The notes under the pieces are model-generated. The model saw only the letters and a list, made by a program, of their open reading frames with translations, was not told the origin of the DNA and did not search any database. A program made the translations under genes and the position numbers. A stretch of 64,000 bases of DNA from Scyliorhinus canicula (Eukaryota): positions 37,795,810 to 37,859,809 of the forward strand of contig NC_052152.1 in NCBI RefSeq assembly GCF_902713615.1, read 5' to 3'. Below are positions 48,243 to 60,500 of this stretch, piece by piece (within the stretch, counting starts at the first letter, position 1; each line of letters opens with the position of its first letter).

Positions 48243-50287
48243 TAAGACCATAAGAGATAGGAGCAGAATTAGGCCACTCGGCCCATCGAGTCTGCTCCGC
48301 CATTCAATCATGGCTGATATTTTTGTCATCCCCATTCTCCTGCCTTCTCCCCATAACCCCTGATCCTCTTATTAATCAAGAACCTATCAATCTCTGTCTT
48401 ATAGACACTCAGTAATTTGGACTCCACAGCTTTCTGTGGCAAAGAGTTCCACAGATTCACCACCCTCTGGCTGAAGAAATTCCTCCTCATCTCAGTTTTA
48501 AAGGATTGTTCCTTTAGTCTGAGATTGTGTCCTCAGCTTCTAGCTTTTCCTACAAGTGGAAACATCCTTGTCTACTCTATCCAGGCCTGGCAGTATCCTG
48601 TAACATCCAATAAGATTCCCCCTCCTCCTTCTAAATTCCAACGAGTACAAACCCAGAGACCTCAACCGTTCCTCATACGACAAGCTCTTTATTCCGGGGA
48701 TCATTCTTGTGAACCTCCTCTGGACCCTTTCCTAAGCCAGCACAGCCTTCCTTAGATACGGGGCCCAAAACTGCTCACATGACTCCAAATGGGGTCTGAC
48801 AAGAGCCTTATATAGCCTCAGAAGTACATCCCTGGTCTTGTATTTTAACCCTCTCAATATGAATGCAAACATTGCATTTGCCTTCCTAATTGCCGACTGA
48901 ACCTGCATGTTAACCTTAAGAGAACCGTGAACAAGAACTCCCACATTCCTTTGTGCTTCTGATTTCCCTCATTTCGAAAATAGTCTATTCCTCCATTTCT
49001 CCTTCCAAAGTTCATAACCTCACACTTTTCCACATTGTATTCCTTCTGCCACTTCTTTGCCCACTCTCCTAGCCTGTCCAAGTCCTTCTGCAGCCTGCCT
49101 TCTTCCTCAATATTACTGCTACAGATCTTTGTATCATCTGCAAACTTAGCAACAGTGCCTTCTTCCAGATCATTAATGTATATTGTGAAAAGTTGTGGTC
49201 CCAGCACCGACTCGAGGCACACTACTAGTCATCAGATGCCATCCTGGAAAAGACCCCTTGATCCCCACTCTCTGCCTTCTGCCAGTCAACCAATCCTCTA
49301 TCCATGCCAGGATCTTACCCTTAACACCAGGGCTCTTAACCTATTTAGCAGTCTCCTATGCAGCACCTTGTCAAAGGCCTTCTGAAAATCTAAATAAATA
49401 ACGTCCACTGGTTCTCTTTTGTCTAACTTCCTTGTTACGTCCTCAAAGAACTCTAACAGATTTGTCAGACATGAGCTCCCCTTGATGAACCGTGCTGACT
49501 CAGTCCTATTTTATCATGCACTGCCAAGTATCCTGTGATCTCATCTTTAATAATGGACTCCAAAATCTTACCAATGACTGAAGTCAGGCTAACCAGCCTA
49601 TAATCTCCCGTCTTCTGCCTACCTCCCTTCTTAAACAGCGGTGTTATATTAGCCACTTTCCAGATTTCTGGGACCCTTCCTGCCTCCAGTGATTCCTGAA
49701 AGATCATCACCATCAATTGGACTCGAGACACGATGAAGATCCAAACTGTGGCTTTAATCAGCTAGTTGTTAGCCCGGTGGTCGACTACAGAGAAAGGCCG
49801 ACCGCCGGGAAACCTGGGTACTTATACCCCGCCTCCGAGGCGGGGTCTACTTGCCTCTCGACCAATTGGTGAGCGGTCACATGACTAGTTCCAGCCAATC
49901 GGACGAGAGGCACATGACCAGCCAGAGCCAATGGGGAACCAATGCTCTGCACCAATGGCAGTGCTCACATTCATACCACCACACCAATGCATCCATAATC
50001 TTCTCAGCTATCTCTTTTAGAATCCTGGGGTGTAGTCCATCTGGTCCAGGTGATTTATCCACCTTCAGACTTTTCAGTTTCCCCAGAACCTTCTCCTTAG
50101 TGATGGTCACTGAACTCACCTCTACCCCAATTCTCCTAGAGCTCTGGCATCCCACTGTTGTGTTCCACCATGAAGACTGATGTAAAATAACTATTCAGTT
50201 CGTCTGCCATTTCTTTGTTTCTTCTCCAGCTACATTTTCCAGTGGTCCAATGTCTATTTTTGTGTCTCTATTACCTTTTACACATTG
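48243..50287 (-). mobile_element. CR1 (HER1-like) LINE, 5'-truncated
   Basis: SVLGPQLFTIYINDL, KFADDTK, LYKALVRPHLE; same family as 25655-34152. Confidence 0.9.
49708..49983 (-). mobile_element. Solo LTR (A/B group) in CR1, one terminus eroded
   Basis: Starts TGTGGTGG on -; multiple CCAAT boxes, TATAA, ATTAAAGCCACAGTTT shared with the element B LTR. CR1 is continuous across it. Confidence 0.75.
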
Positions 50288-50639
50288 AAACCTTCCTTCT
50301 AAAGGCACATTTACCCCCTGATTACTGCAATGAAGATCACAGCAGCTTCCTATGACAAAGTTCTGGACATAACAACCCATTCTCAGGCTTATCCTCTGTT
50401 GCTGTTAAAAACCCTGCGAGGGCTGATGGGTTTTTCTGTGTGAAAATGAACTGATATAGCTTTGAATCGGTACCAATATGGAACGGTGACGTTTCCTTGT
50501 TGATTAATGGTTAGTGTGGTATGTGGAATACTACGTAGATGATTTTCAAATCTTTGTTACTGTTGACTGATAAACAAAACATTCCCAGCCTTCATGATGG
50601 GTTTGTGTGTGTATGTATGTGTTTGCAGAAGGAGGGGCC

Positions 50640-50720
50640 AGGCAGTGGCTTGGAGCCGGAAGTGACGATCCTCCCCTCCCAGAGTGCTGTTGGCGGTTTG
50701 AAGTTGGTTCAAAATGGCGG
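50640..50720 (+). promoter_or_regulatory. PCNP core promoter: ETS-CRE composite and YY1 site over the start codon
   Basis: CCGGAAGTGACG at 50656-50667; CAAAATGGCGG at 50710-50720; CpG-rich region continues to ~50980. Confidence 0.7.
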
Positions 50721-50759
50721 AGGAAACGCGCTCAGAGCTGGAGAAACTGCAAGACGAAG
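50714..50759 (+). CDS. PCNP: PEST proteolytic signal-containing nuclear protein, exon 1
   Basis: ATG in strong context, MAEETRSELEKLQDE, phase-1 donor AAG|GTGCCG matching the phase of exon 2. Confidence 0.7.
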
Positions 50760-53022
50760 GTGCCGCTTCATAATCTTTTAAGTACCCACGGCGCGGCAGG
50801 AATTGAGAATCCCGATATTGTCAATACTAGCGAAGGGGCGAAACTTAACAAAGCAGAAAGTGCGATTCCGCCCGGCTCCTCGGAGGAGGCTGTGCAGCCA
50901 GTGCGGGATCAGTAGGCAGGCAGGCGGGCGGGCCTCGAGTCTCATTCCTACCACCCCCTCCCCGCTGTACACAGGCTCCGAGCTATGGTGCATTTCTGTT
51001 AGACGAGGTTAATCAAATTTACTGCATTACCTTTAGGCACTTTGAAGCTCAAATTTCATTTTTAACCGATCGACTTTCTAGGGTAATTTTTTTCGCACTA
51101 ACGTGCTGCATTTTGCGTGAACCTGAAAACAATGTAATATTTGATTTAATACAGTAATTTAGACTTTGTAAACCATTCAGCCGGACACTTGGAATAATTC
51201 ATGTTGCAAGTATGACTGCAGATCTAGTTTACCCTTTTCTTTATTTAATTTTTTTCCTTAAATTGCTGTGAAATGTGGGAGCCAGCTCCTTATATTTTGT
51301 CGGATAATGTGACATAGCCCATTGCCAATCTGATTTTGACCCAGTGTATATTTATTTGTAGTTTCGGTTAAAATCGAGAGAAGCCTAAATGTGGTGTAGG
51401 ATTTAGGACAAATAAGTTTTGTTGCCAATTCTGTTTTTTTTATAATTGATCTAATATTGCCAGCAAATATCTTGCTTTGAAATTAGATTTTTATTGATTC
51501 ATGATTTTTTAAACAGTATCTGATATTTAAACCAAGTAACTGAATGGAAGCAATCAAGAATAATGCATGGCAGTTATAACAAAAGCACACTTTGTGATGC
51601 CTGTAACAATCTGTAATCTTAACTGTTGTACTTGACATCTTTTTAGGAATGTTTAGTTATTTCATAATGTAGATAATGACTGGTAACTTATCACAATGCC
51701 ATGTGAAAACAGTGTTGGATACATTCAGTGATTCAGAGTTTTGGCAACACAAAATCCAGTAGGACCAATACAGTACCAGTTTTGATTGATCAGTAACCAT
51801 TGAATTAGACCATCCTCATTGCTTTGTAAGACAACTGGCTATAAGAGTATAACTAAATTACAGTAGCTCACCTGATGGATGTAAATCACATTAGCAGACC
51901 ACTTTGAAATTTAGAGCATCTACTTGATTTGAGTAATAAATTCTCAAATGTTAGTTGTCGGATTATTCTCTAAATAGTGTTTTTTTTTGTGTGTGTGTGT
52001 AGTCATATAAGTAATACAGTCTCTGCTATTGTATTAATTTCTGACTGGCTAGCTATTAGGTGAACAGAAATATATTTTGGCTCTGGCTGATTCCCTGTCA
52101 GGAATGCAGAGGCTGTTTATTAATTGGTATATGCTTTTGGAACAAAAGCTGATAGCTAGTGGATGTTAAAAAATTGAACTTGAGAAGTGTTTCCTCAAAT
52201 TATCCAGGAGGAACTTATTTTTTGAAAACTAGCAAGTCTGAGTTCAACTAAAGTAATGATTTCTCAGAGAAACAAATTTGATTCTGTGGTAAATGATCTA
52301 TACATGTGAAAACAATTTAATTTTTAAAAAGTTTTTGGCCATTCTTTGTCATTCTGAATTTTGTCTTCAGAATTATCGTTAGTTGAATCAGATTTCAACT
52401 GACTATCCAGATTGAAGAATATCTCTATTATTTGCCCACTGGAACTACGTGTATTCTGTTGGATGTTACTACCCATTAGCAAGACATGAAAATAAAGAAT
52501 AAAATCTCAGAGTAGAAACTGAAATTACTGGAACTGTAGCACTTGAGAGTAATTGATTATAACTTGACTACGTGAATCACTCTGAAATGATGTGATGGTG
52601 GCACCCCTTTTGGTCATCAGTTACTTTAGGATATTGCCATTTTGGTGCTGTGTATCCCCCCACTGGTTTATAATGTAACACCTGAAAGTCTACAATTTGT
52701 ACAGTCATTGGTGAATGTTTCCTCAGTGTGGACCTTTAGTCTTATCAAAATCTGTACTGTTTGGTCCTGTGAATTTTCTTTGGGGTCCAAGAAACAGGAA
52801 GCACGTGGAATTCAATCCTACCCTGATCTGAAATATAGAGTCCATCCATCTATGAAATGGTTTCTCAGTGCCTGCATCTACTGTATCTGACAAACAGTGG
52901 AAGAGACTACTGGTTCAGTCAGTGCAACCCACAGAAGCTCCCTATACTTAATGAGGTTGCTGCCTCCACCAAAGTGCTCGATAAAGTATCTCATCTTGGT
53001 AAAGTTGTTTCGACTCCACCAG

Positions 53023-53257
53023 GACCAGAAGAGAAGGAAGAGAAAACTGTGAAAACTAGACTGTTTTCTTCCAGTAATGAAGGAGAAAGTTCAACTCGAA
53101 GTGCAGAGAAAAGGGAAGCTGATGAGAAAAATCAAGATGACTCTGCTTCCGGGGAGGCAAACAACAAACCCACCCTGCAAAAGTTTCCAAATGGATTTCA
53201 ATAGGAAATATGACCGTAAAGAAACCAGCTCCAATATCCATCAAATTAGGAGCAAAT
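53023..53257 (+). CDS. PCNP: PCNP exon 2 (contains apparent indels)
   Basis: ccag| acceptor. GPEEKEEKTVKT..SSSNEGESSTRSAEKR, then in another frame PAKVSK...IGNMTVKKPAPISIKLGAN; donor GTAAGT. Confidence 0.9.
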
Positions 53258-53612
53258 GTAAGTAATTATTTTTGCTTCTTAATAATAAATAATAATCGCT
53301 TATTGTCACAAGTAGGCTTCAATGAAGTTACTGTGAAAAGCCCCTAGTCGCCACATTCCGGCGCCTGTTCGGGGAGGCAGGTGCGGGAATGAACCTGCGT
53401 GCATGCGTTCTGTATTATAAGCCAGCTGTTTAGCCCACTGTGCTAAACCAGCCCCTGTTGTGTGTCAAACGCATTTGTAGTTGTGTCAAAACAGGTTATG
53501 TGTAGTTATGACATTTCTAATTGTAGAATCGTTGTTTACATGATGCTAATGGGGCAGAACTTTTGAAGCACATTTGAATACTTATGCATTTCTAATCAAA
53601 TTACTTCAATGA

Positions 53613-53840
53613 AGGGCAGCACGGTGGCACAGTGGGTTAGCCCTGTTGCCTCACAGCGCCGAGGGTCCCAGGTTCGATCCCGGCTCAGGGTCACTGTCTG
53701 TGTGGAGTTTGCACATTCTCCCGTGTTTGGGTGGGTTTCGCCCCCACAACCCAAAGATGTGCCGGCTAGGTGGATTGGCCACGCTAAATTGCCCCTTAAT
53801 TGGAAGAAATTAATTGGGTACTTAAAATTAAAAAAAAAAA
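53613..53840 (+). mobile_element. V-SINE copy (PCNP intron 2)
   Basis: Full head-core-tail. Confidence 0.88.
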
Positions 53841-54069
53841 TTCATGAAACAACAAGTTGCTCATTAAAATATTGACCACTTTAAAGTTTTTGTACCTGCC
53901 TCAGTGGCACCTTGGGAAGAGTGATATGGAAAGACCATATAATATAAATGGCCCAATTTTCTGATGAGTGATATGTCCATATACACAAATTCTTAAAGGT
54001 GACAGGACAAATTGATGAAAAGCATATGGTTACTCGAACGAATAAGATAAATAGAAGAATAGAATATAA

Positions 54070-55590
54070 AAGCAAAGAAAGCCATGCTAGAACTTTAAAA
54101 TCACTGGTTAGATCTCAGCTGACATATTGCGAAAATTCTGAGCACTGCACTTCAGGAAAGTTGTAACGGCATTAGAAAGGATACAGAGGAGGATTACCTG
54201 TATGTTGCCACGGACAAGGAAATTATGAAGAGAGGTTGGAAAAGTTAGTACTGTTTTCTTGGAACAGAGGCGGTTAAGAGGTATCTAATAGAAATTTTTA
54301 AGGTAATTTGATAGGGGGAAAAAGCTGTTCTCTCTGGCGAATGGATCATTGACTCAAAATCATTGTTAAAACATCAAGAAGAGGGCAGCACGGTGGCCTA
54401 GTGGTTAGCACAAACGCCTCACGGCGCTGAGGTCCAGTTCGATCCCGGCTCTGGGTCACTGTCTGTGTGGAGTTTGCACATTCTCCCCGTGTCTGCGTGG
54501 GTTTTGCCCCCACAACCCAAAAATGTGCAGAGTAGGTGGATTGGTCACGCTAAATTGCCCTTAATTGGAAAAAATAATTGGGTAATCTAAATTTTAAAAA
54601 AACAAAAAAAACATCAAGAAGAGTGATGAATGCGTAGTATTTTTTGTTTTATATTAAATCACCCTAACAATGCATTTGCTGTAGCTTCACAGCATGAACG
54701 CTTAGGGACTCTTTCTGTAACACTCCCTTGACCATCCAGTACTGCATGGCATACATATAGTTTGGCATTCATGATGCACATGAACATAACATCTCATTCA
54801 TCTATATTCAACAATATCTGCTAGGCACAGGCCCATTTTTTCCGTTATATCTTGATCTGATTGTGCTTTTTTGTCATCTAAGATTGACAGAAATCCTTGT
54901 GTCATCTGCAAACTTGCACATAACTTCCTCTGATGCTTTCATCCAAATCATTAATAAAGATTTTTGCGGGCTGTTGTGTAAGAGGCACATCGACCGGGGG
55001 ATAGATGTGCACAGGTCGTTGAAGTTAGCAGGATAAGTTGAGAATGCTGTTAAGAAACATATGCAATCCTTGGTTTTATGGAAGAACAAATAGAGTATGG
55101 AAGCAAGTATCTGTGATTATTTTTATATAAGGACACAGCTGGAATATTACGTTCAATTCTGGGCATCACTTTTTAGGAAGTATACCATAACCTTGGACAG
55201 GGTGTAGCAGGACATTACCTGAATGGTACCAATGATGAGAGACTTCAGTTATGCGGAGAGACTCAATAAGTTAGTTGTTTCTCCGGGAACCAAGAAGGTT
55301 AAGAGGCGATTGGATCGAAATGTTCAAAATCAGGAATGAGTAAATCAGGAGAAAACTGCTTCCAGTGCCAGAAGGGTCAGTAACCAGAGAACAAGATTTA
55401 AGATGATTGGCAAATGAGCATGAAAACCTTTTTTACATGTGATCTAGAATGCACTGCCTGAAAGGGCGTTGGAAGCAGATTCATTTGTAACATTGGAAAG
55501 GAATTGGATAAATTCACTTGGGGTAAAGATTTACAGGGAAATGGGCAAGAGTGGGATTAATCTATCTAATAGCTCTGCAATGCTCATATA
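54070..55590 (+). mobile_element. Degenerate CR1 fragments with a young SINE (54383-54610, TSD aaaacatcaagaaga)
   Basis: CR1 3' RT-like sequence; SINE flanked by a long TSD. Confidence 0.65.
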
Positions 55591-55761
55591 ATTGTGAAGA
55601 GCGATTTGTTTAACATCAATCCTGTTGAGGTTAATATGTTTGGATAATAACGTAAGGTCCAAAAAAAAAACCTGTTGCACTTTGTTGGAAATTAGTTTAA
55701 GACAGTCATATGTTTGTTTATTTATCAGAACTGAAATTTTATAATTTATTTCTGTTCCCAG

Positions 55762-55835
55762 AAACCAAAGAAAGTCCACCTGTTTTAGCTCCAAAGAAAC
55801 CTTCAGTTGCAGCGGTCTTCAATGAAGATGAGGAT
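55762..55835 (+). CDS. PCNP: PCNP exon 3 (1-nt short)
   Basis: cccag| KPK, then after a frame slip ESPPVLAPKKPSVAAVFNEDED |GTAAGT. Confidence 0.9.
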
Positions 55836-56296
55836 GTAAGTTTTTAAACAAAATATTCTTATCTTGAGAGGTTGGAGCATCATTTCTGTACAATTGCAAT
55901 TGATGGTAGTCGGTGCTGCTGTCTCCGAGAGAGAAGTCCAGAGAAAAGTATGTTTAGAATGGGGCTTATTCAATGTTGCATAAATAAAAGGTCATGGATC
56001 AGCAACTTTGTTTATTTGTAACAAAACATCCCAAGATACTTCACAGGAATACTATAAAGCACATTATACCAAGCCTCACATGGGGATATTATAATAATCT
56101 TTATTTATAATCTTTATTATCGTCACAAGTAGAACATTTGTTGATGCAAATGTTCATTGCATTAACACTGCAATGAAGTAGCTGTGAAAATCCCCTAGTC
56201 GCCATACTATGTTAGATGAGGAAAACGCTTGTCAAAATGAGAGGTTTTAAGGAGTGTCTAAGAAGGAAAAGTGAGGTAGAGGTGCTGAAGACGAAA

Positions 56297-56515
56297 GGGA
56301 AAACGCTGGAAAATCTCAGCAAGTCTGGCAGCATCTGTAGGGAGAGAAAAGAGCTAACCTTTCGAGTTCGATGACTTTGTCAAAGCTAACAGACAGAGAG
56401 TGGGAAATATTTATACTGTGGAGTGAGAATGAAAGATGAGTCACAGCCACAGAAACCCAGGGAAACCAGGTGCTAATGGCCACAGATACCATGGGGAAAG
56501 AGTGCTAATGACAGT
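56297..56515 (-). mobile_element. Penelope-like terminal fragment with degenerate hammerhead (56352-56387)
   Basis: Homolog of 46880-47012, same TTGACAA core. Confidence 0.65.
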
Positions 56516-57211
56516 AGAGTGCTGAAGAGGTGTAGGGAGGGAATTTCAGTGCTTAGTGCCTGGACAACTGATGATGCAGCAAGAGAGCTCACCTCGGATA
56601 GCAAATTCATTGGTTTGGATCCCATGCCCTCCAGCTAGACACTACCGCATTGTGCACCTGACAGAATCTTGCTGATCAGTGGGGAATTCTAACGTTTCCT
56701 GAAATCCATTTGGTGTAAACCTTTTATTACATGATCTGAAGCATCAGTGTAGACCTCAGCACTGGTGCAAACATCCCATGAACAGATTGATGAGCAACGG
56801 TCAAGCAACTAAATCTTAAAAAATGCTCAAGAGGCCAGAATTAGATGAACATAGATAACACAGAGGTTTGTGAGGGACAATATGGAGGTAAGTGGGGAAA
56901 GACCTGGAAGAATTTAAAAACAAGGATGAGAATTGGAAATCAAGACTTTACTTGACCAACAGCCAAAATAAGCCAACAAACACTGGGGTAATAGATGAGC
57001 GAGACTTGTTGCGAGTTAAGGCACAGGCAGCAGTGTTTGGATGACAAATGTTGATGGAGGGTAGAGTGAGAGGGGCCAGTCAGGAGTGCATTGGAATAGT
57101 CAAGGCATGAATGAGGGTTTCTGCTGCATATGAGCTGAGCCAGGGAAAAGTTGGGAGTTGTAGCAAAAGTCGAAATAACCGGTTTTAGAGATGGTTTGAA
57201 TACATGTTTGT

Positions 57212-57428
57212 TTTTAAAAAATAAATTTAGAGTACCCAATTCATTTTTTCCAATTAAGGGGCAATTTAGCCTGGCCAATCACCTAGCCTGCACATCTTTG
57301 GATTGTAGGAGCAAAACCCACGCAGACACGGGGAGAATGTGCAAACTCCACAGACAGTGACCCAGAGCCGGGATTAAACCTGGACCTTGGCGCCGTGAGG
57401 CTGCAGGGCTAAGCCACTGTGCTGCCCT
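57212..57428 (-). mobile_element. V-SINE copy
   Basis: Reverse-complement SINE consensus. Confidence 0.85.
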
Positions 57429-57599
57429 CAGAATATGTGTTCTGAAGCACACCTTGGGGTCAACTGTCGCAAGTGTCCCGAACAAATTAGTTTAGTACCA
57501 AGCTGTTGCTAGGGAGAGGGAAGTAGTCAGTAGCTAGGAATAGAGTTTGCAACATGGTCAGAAAACAAGGGCTTCAGTTTTGATATTTAATTGAAGGAA

Positions 57600-60500
57600 A
57601 ATTTTATTTTATTCGTTCACAAGAAATGGGCTTTGCTGACTAGGCCAGCATTTATTGCTCATCCCTATTTACCCTTGAGAAGGTGAGGTGAGCTGCCTCC
57701 TTGAACCACAGCAGTCCAGGTGGTGTAGGTACACCTACAGTGTTGTTAGGGAGGGTTGGCCAGCATTTGGACACCAACAGTGAAGGAAAGGCAACATAGT
57801 TCCAGGTCAGAATTATGTATGGCTTGTAGGGAGGCTTGCAGGTGGTAGTGTTCCCATGCATTTACTGCCCTTGTCTTTCAAGGTGGGTAGCGGTCCCATG
57901 TTTGGAAGGTACTGTCAAAGGAGCCTTGATGAGTTGCTGCAGTGCATCTTATAGATGGTGTACACTCCTGTCACTGTGTGGTCAGTTATGGAGGAAGTGA
58001 ATGTTGAAGGTGGTGTCAATCAAATGGGCTGCTTTGTTCTGAATGGTGTCAAGCTTCCTGCCTCATCCAGACAAGTGTAGAGTATTCTTTAAAACTCCTG
58101 ACATGTGCCTTGTAGATGAGGACAGGCTTTGGGAGTCGGGGGTGTTATTCACTGCAGAATTCCCAGCCTCTGACCTGATCTTGTTGCATACTACCAGTTC
58201 AGTTTCGGGCCAGTTGTAATCTCCAGTAGGGTGATATTGGGCATTCAGCAATCGTAATGCCAGTGAATGTCATTGGGAGATGGTTAGATTCTCTCTTGTT
58301 GTAAATGGTCATTGTCTGATACTTGTGTGGGGCCAATTATCAGCTGAGTCTGAAAGTAATCCAGGCTTTGCTGCATAAGGGCATGGACTGCTTTAGTAAC
58401 TGACCAGCCACAAACCATACTGAACATTGTACAATCATCAGTGGCCACCCGAGTTCTGACATGAAGACTGACATCTGTGATGGCGGGGTCCTCACGAGAA
58501 GGCTGAGATGGGTCATCCACTTGGCACTTCTGGATGAGGTAGAACTTCGACTCGGCATTGTTGGCTGAAGATGGTTCACTCCTACAAATGCTGTTATGGA
58601 CATAACATCTGCACCGGCCCTTGGAAAGAGCACCCTACCTAGGCACGTACCTCCACCTATCCCTGTTACCCACCTGTTACCCATCTGCAACATGTACATT
58701 GGCAAGAATTAGGTCAAATAGGATTTTCCCCCTTGCTTTCCTTGTTACTACCCCTTATGGGCAGCATGGTAGCACAGTTGCTTCACAGCTCCAGGGTCCC
58801 AGGTTCAATTCCCGGCTTGGGTCACTGTCTGTGCGGAGTCTGCACATTCTCCCCCGAGTCTACATTGGTTTCCTCAGGTGTTCTATTTTGCTCCCACAGT
58901 CCAAAGATGTGCAGTTTAGGTGGATTGGCTATACTAAATTACCCTTGGTGTCAAAAAAAGGTTAGGTGGGTACAGGGATAGGTGGAGGTACGTGCCTAGG
59001 TAGGGTGCTCTTTTCCAAGGGCCGGTGCAGACTTGATGGGCCGAATAGCCTCCTTCTGCATTGTAATTTCTATGATTCTACTCATTGCAGACTCCGCCAG
59101 CTTGGCCAGTACATTGAAGTCCCTCAACTAAAGTTCATTCTGTGTCCTTGCCACCCTCAGTGCTTCCTCCAAAAGGGGCTCAACATAGAGGGTACTGATT
59201 CATCAATGGGGCAAGGGAGGAGGTGGGAGGGCCTGAGGTTGCATTGCAGCAAGGAAGATTGGAAGAACATTGGTGCAATGAATCAGCATTGCTTCACCCA
59301 GTCCAAACCTGCATTGGGTCCGTTGATCAGGACCATGGTTTGCATGTCATTATGGAGCAGGCAGAGGGTGATGACAAACTTTTGGGGACACCGGAAAGGA
59401 GGAGGGCACTCCATAACCCCTTGTGGTGACAGTCTCAAAGGCCTTTTATGAGTTCAAAGAAGGCTATGGATAAGCTACCCTTGTTCTCTAGACCTACAAA
59501 ATGTGGTTGACATTAATTCCCTCTAAAAAGGCCTAATAAGTGACCCGTTTGTATCGGACTGTTCCAGAAAACTCAAAAATAAAACTGATGGACCACTCAC
59601 GGTAGCATGGTGGTTAGCATCAATGCTTCACAGCTCCAGGGTCCCAGGTTCGATTCCCGGCTGGTCACTGTCTGTGTGGAGTCTGCACATCCTCCCCGTG
59701 TGTGCGTGGGTTTTCTCCGGGTGCTCCGGTTTCCTCCCACAGTCCAAAGATGTGCGGGCTAGGTGGATTGGCCATGCTAAATTTGCCGTAGTGTCAGGTA
59801 ATGGGGGGATTGTTGGGTTCGGGTATACGGGTTACGTGGGTTAAGTAGGGTGATCATTGCTCGGCACAACATCGAGGGCCGAAGGGCCTGTTCTGTGCTG
59901 TACTGTTCTATATGGTATCCATCTAGGCACTGAAAATGACAAACGTGCACACTGACCAGCGATCCTGCAAAATTGGAAGAGTGGTGTCCAGCCGAGTCAA
60001 AAACAGCCTGACACAGGCATAGTCACTGAATCATACCTTACAATCAATGTCCCAGGCTCCTCTTTAACCATCCTCACCAGAGTTGGCAGCACAATGGTAT
60101 ACAGTTAGTGGGGAGTGGCCTTTAGAGTCCTCAACATTGAGGTATCAGGTCAAACATGGGCAAGGAAACTTCTGGCTAATTACCAACTGTCACCCTCTCA
60201 GCTGATGTGTCACATCCTCCAGGAAGAACAGAACTTGGAAGAAGCACTGAAGGTAGCAAGGGCACAGAATGCACCCTGGGATAGGAACTAATGTCTAGCC
60301 TTGAGTGGATGTGCAACTTCACTATTCAACCACAAACTGTAACCTCACAACCTGGCATATTTCTCACTCTGTCGTTGCCTTCAAACCAGGCAATCAACCC
60401 GAGTTCAACGAGGTGTGAAGGATTCCATGCAGGAGCAGCAACTGGCATACTTAAAAATGGGGTGCCAGCATGGTGAAATTCTTGCCTTGGCCTACATACA

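Noticed and set aside
52857-53022. N-terminal part of ORF 52857-53204 as PCNP coding sequence
   Set aside because: Lies upstream of the ccag acceptor at 53022 and has no PCNP similarity; intronic.
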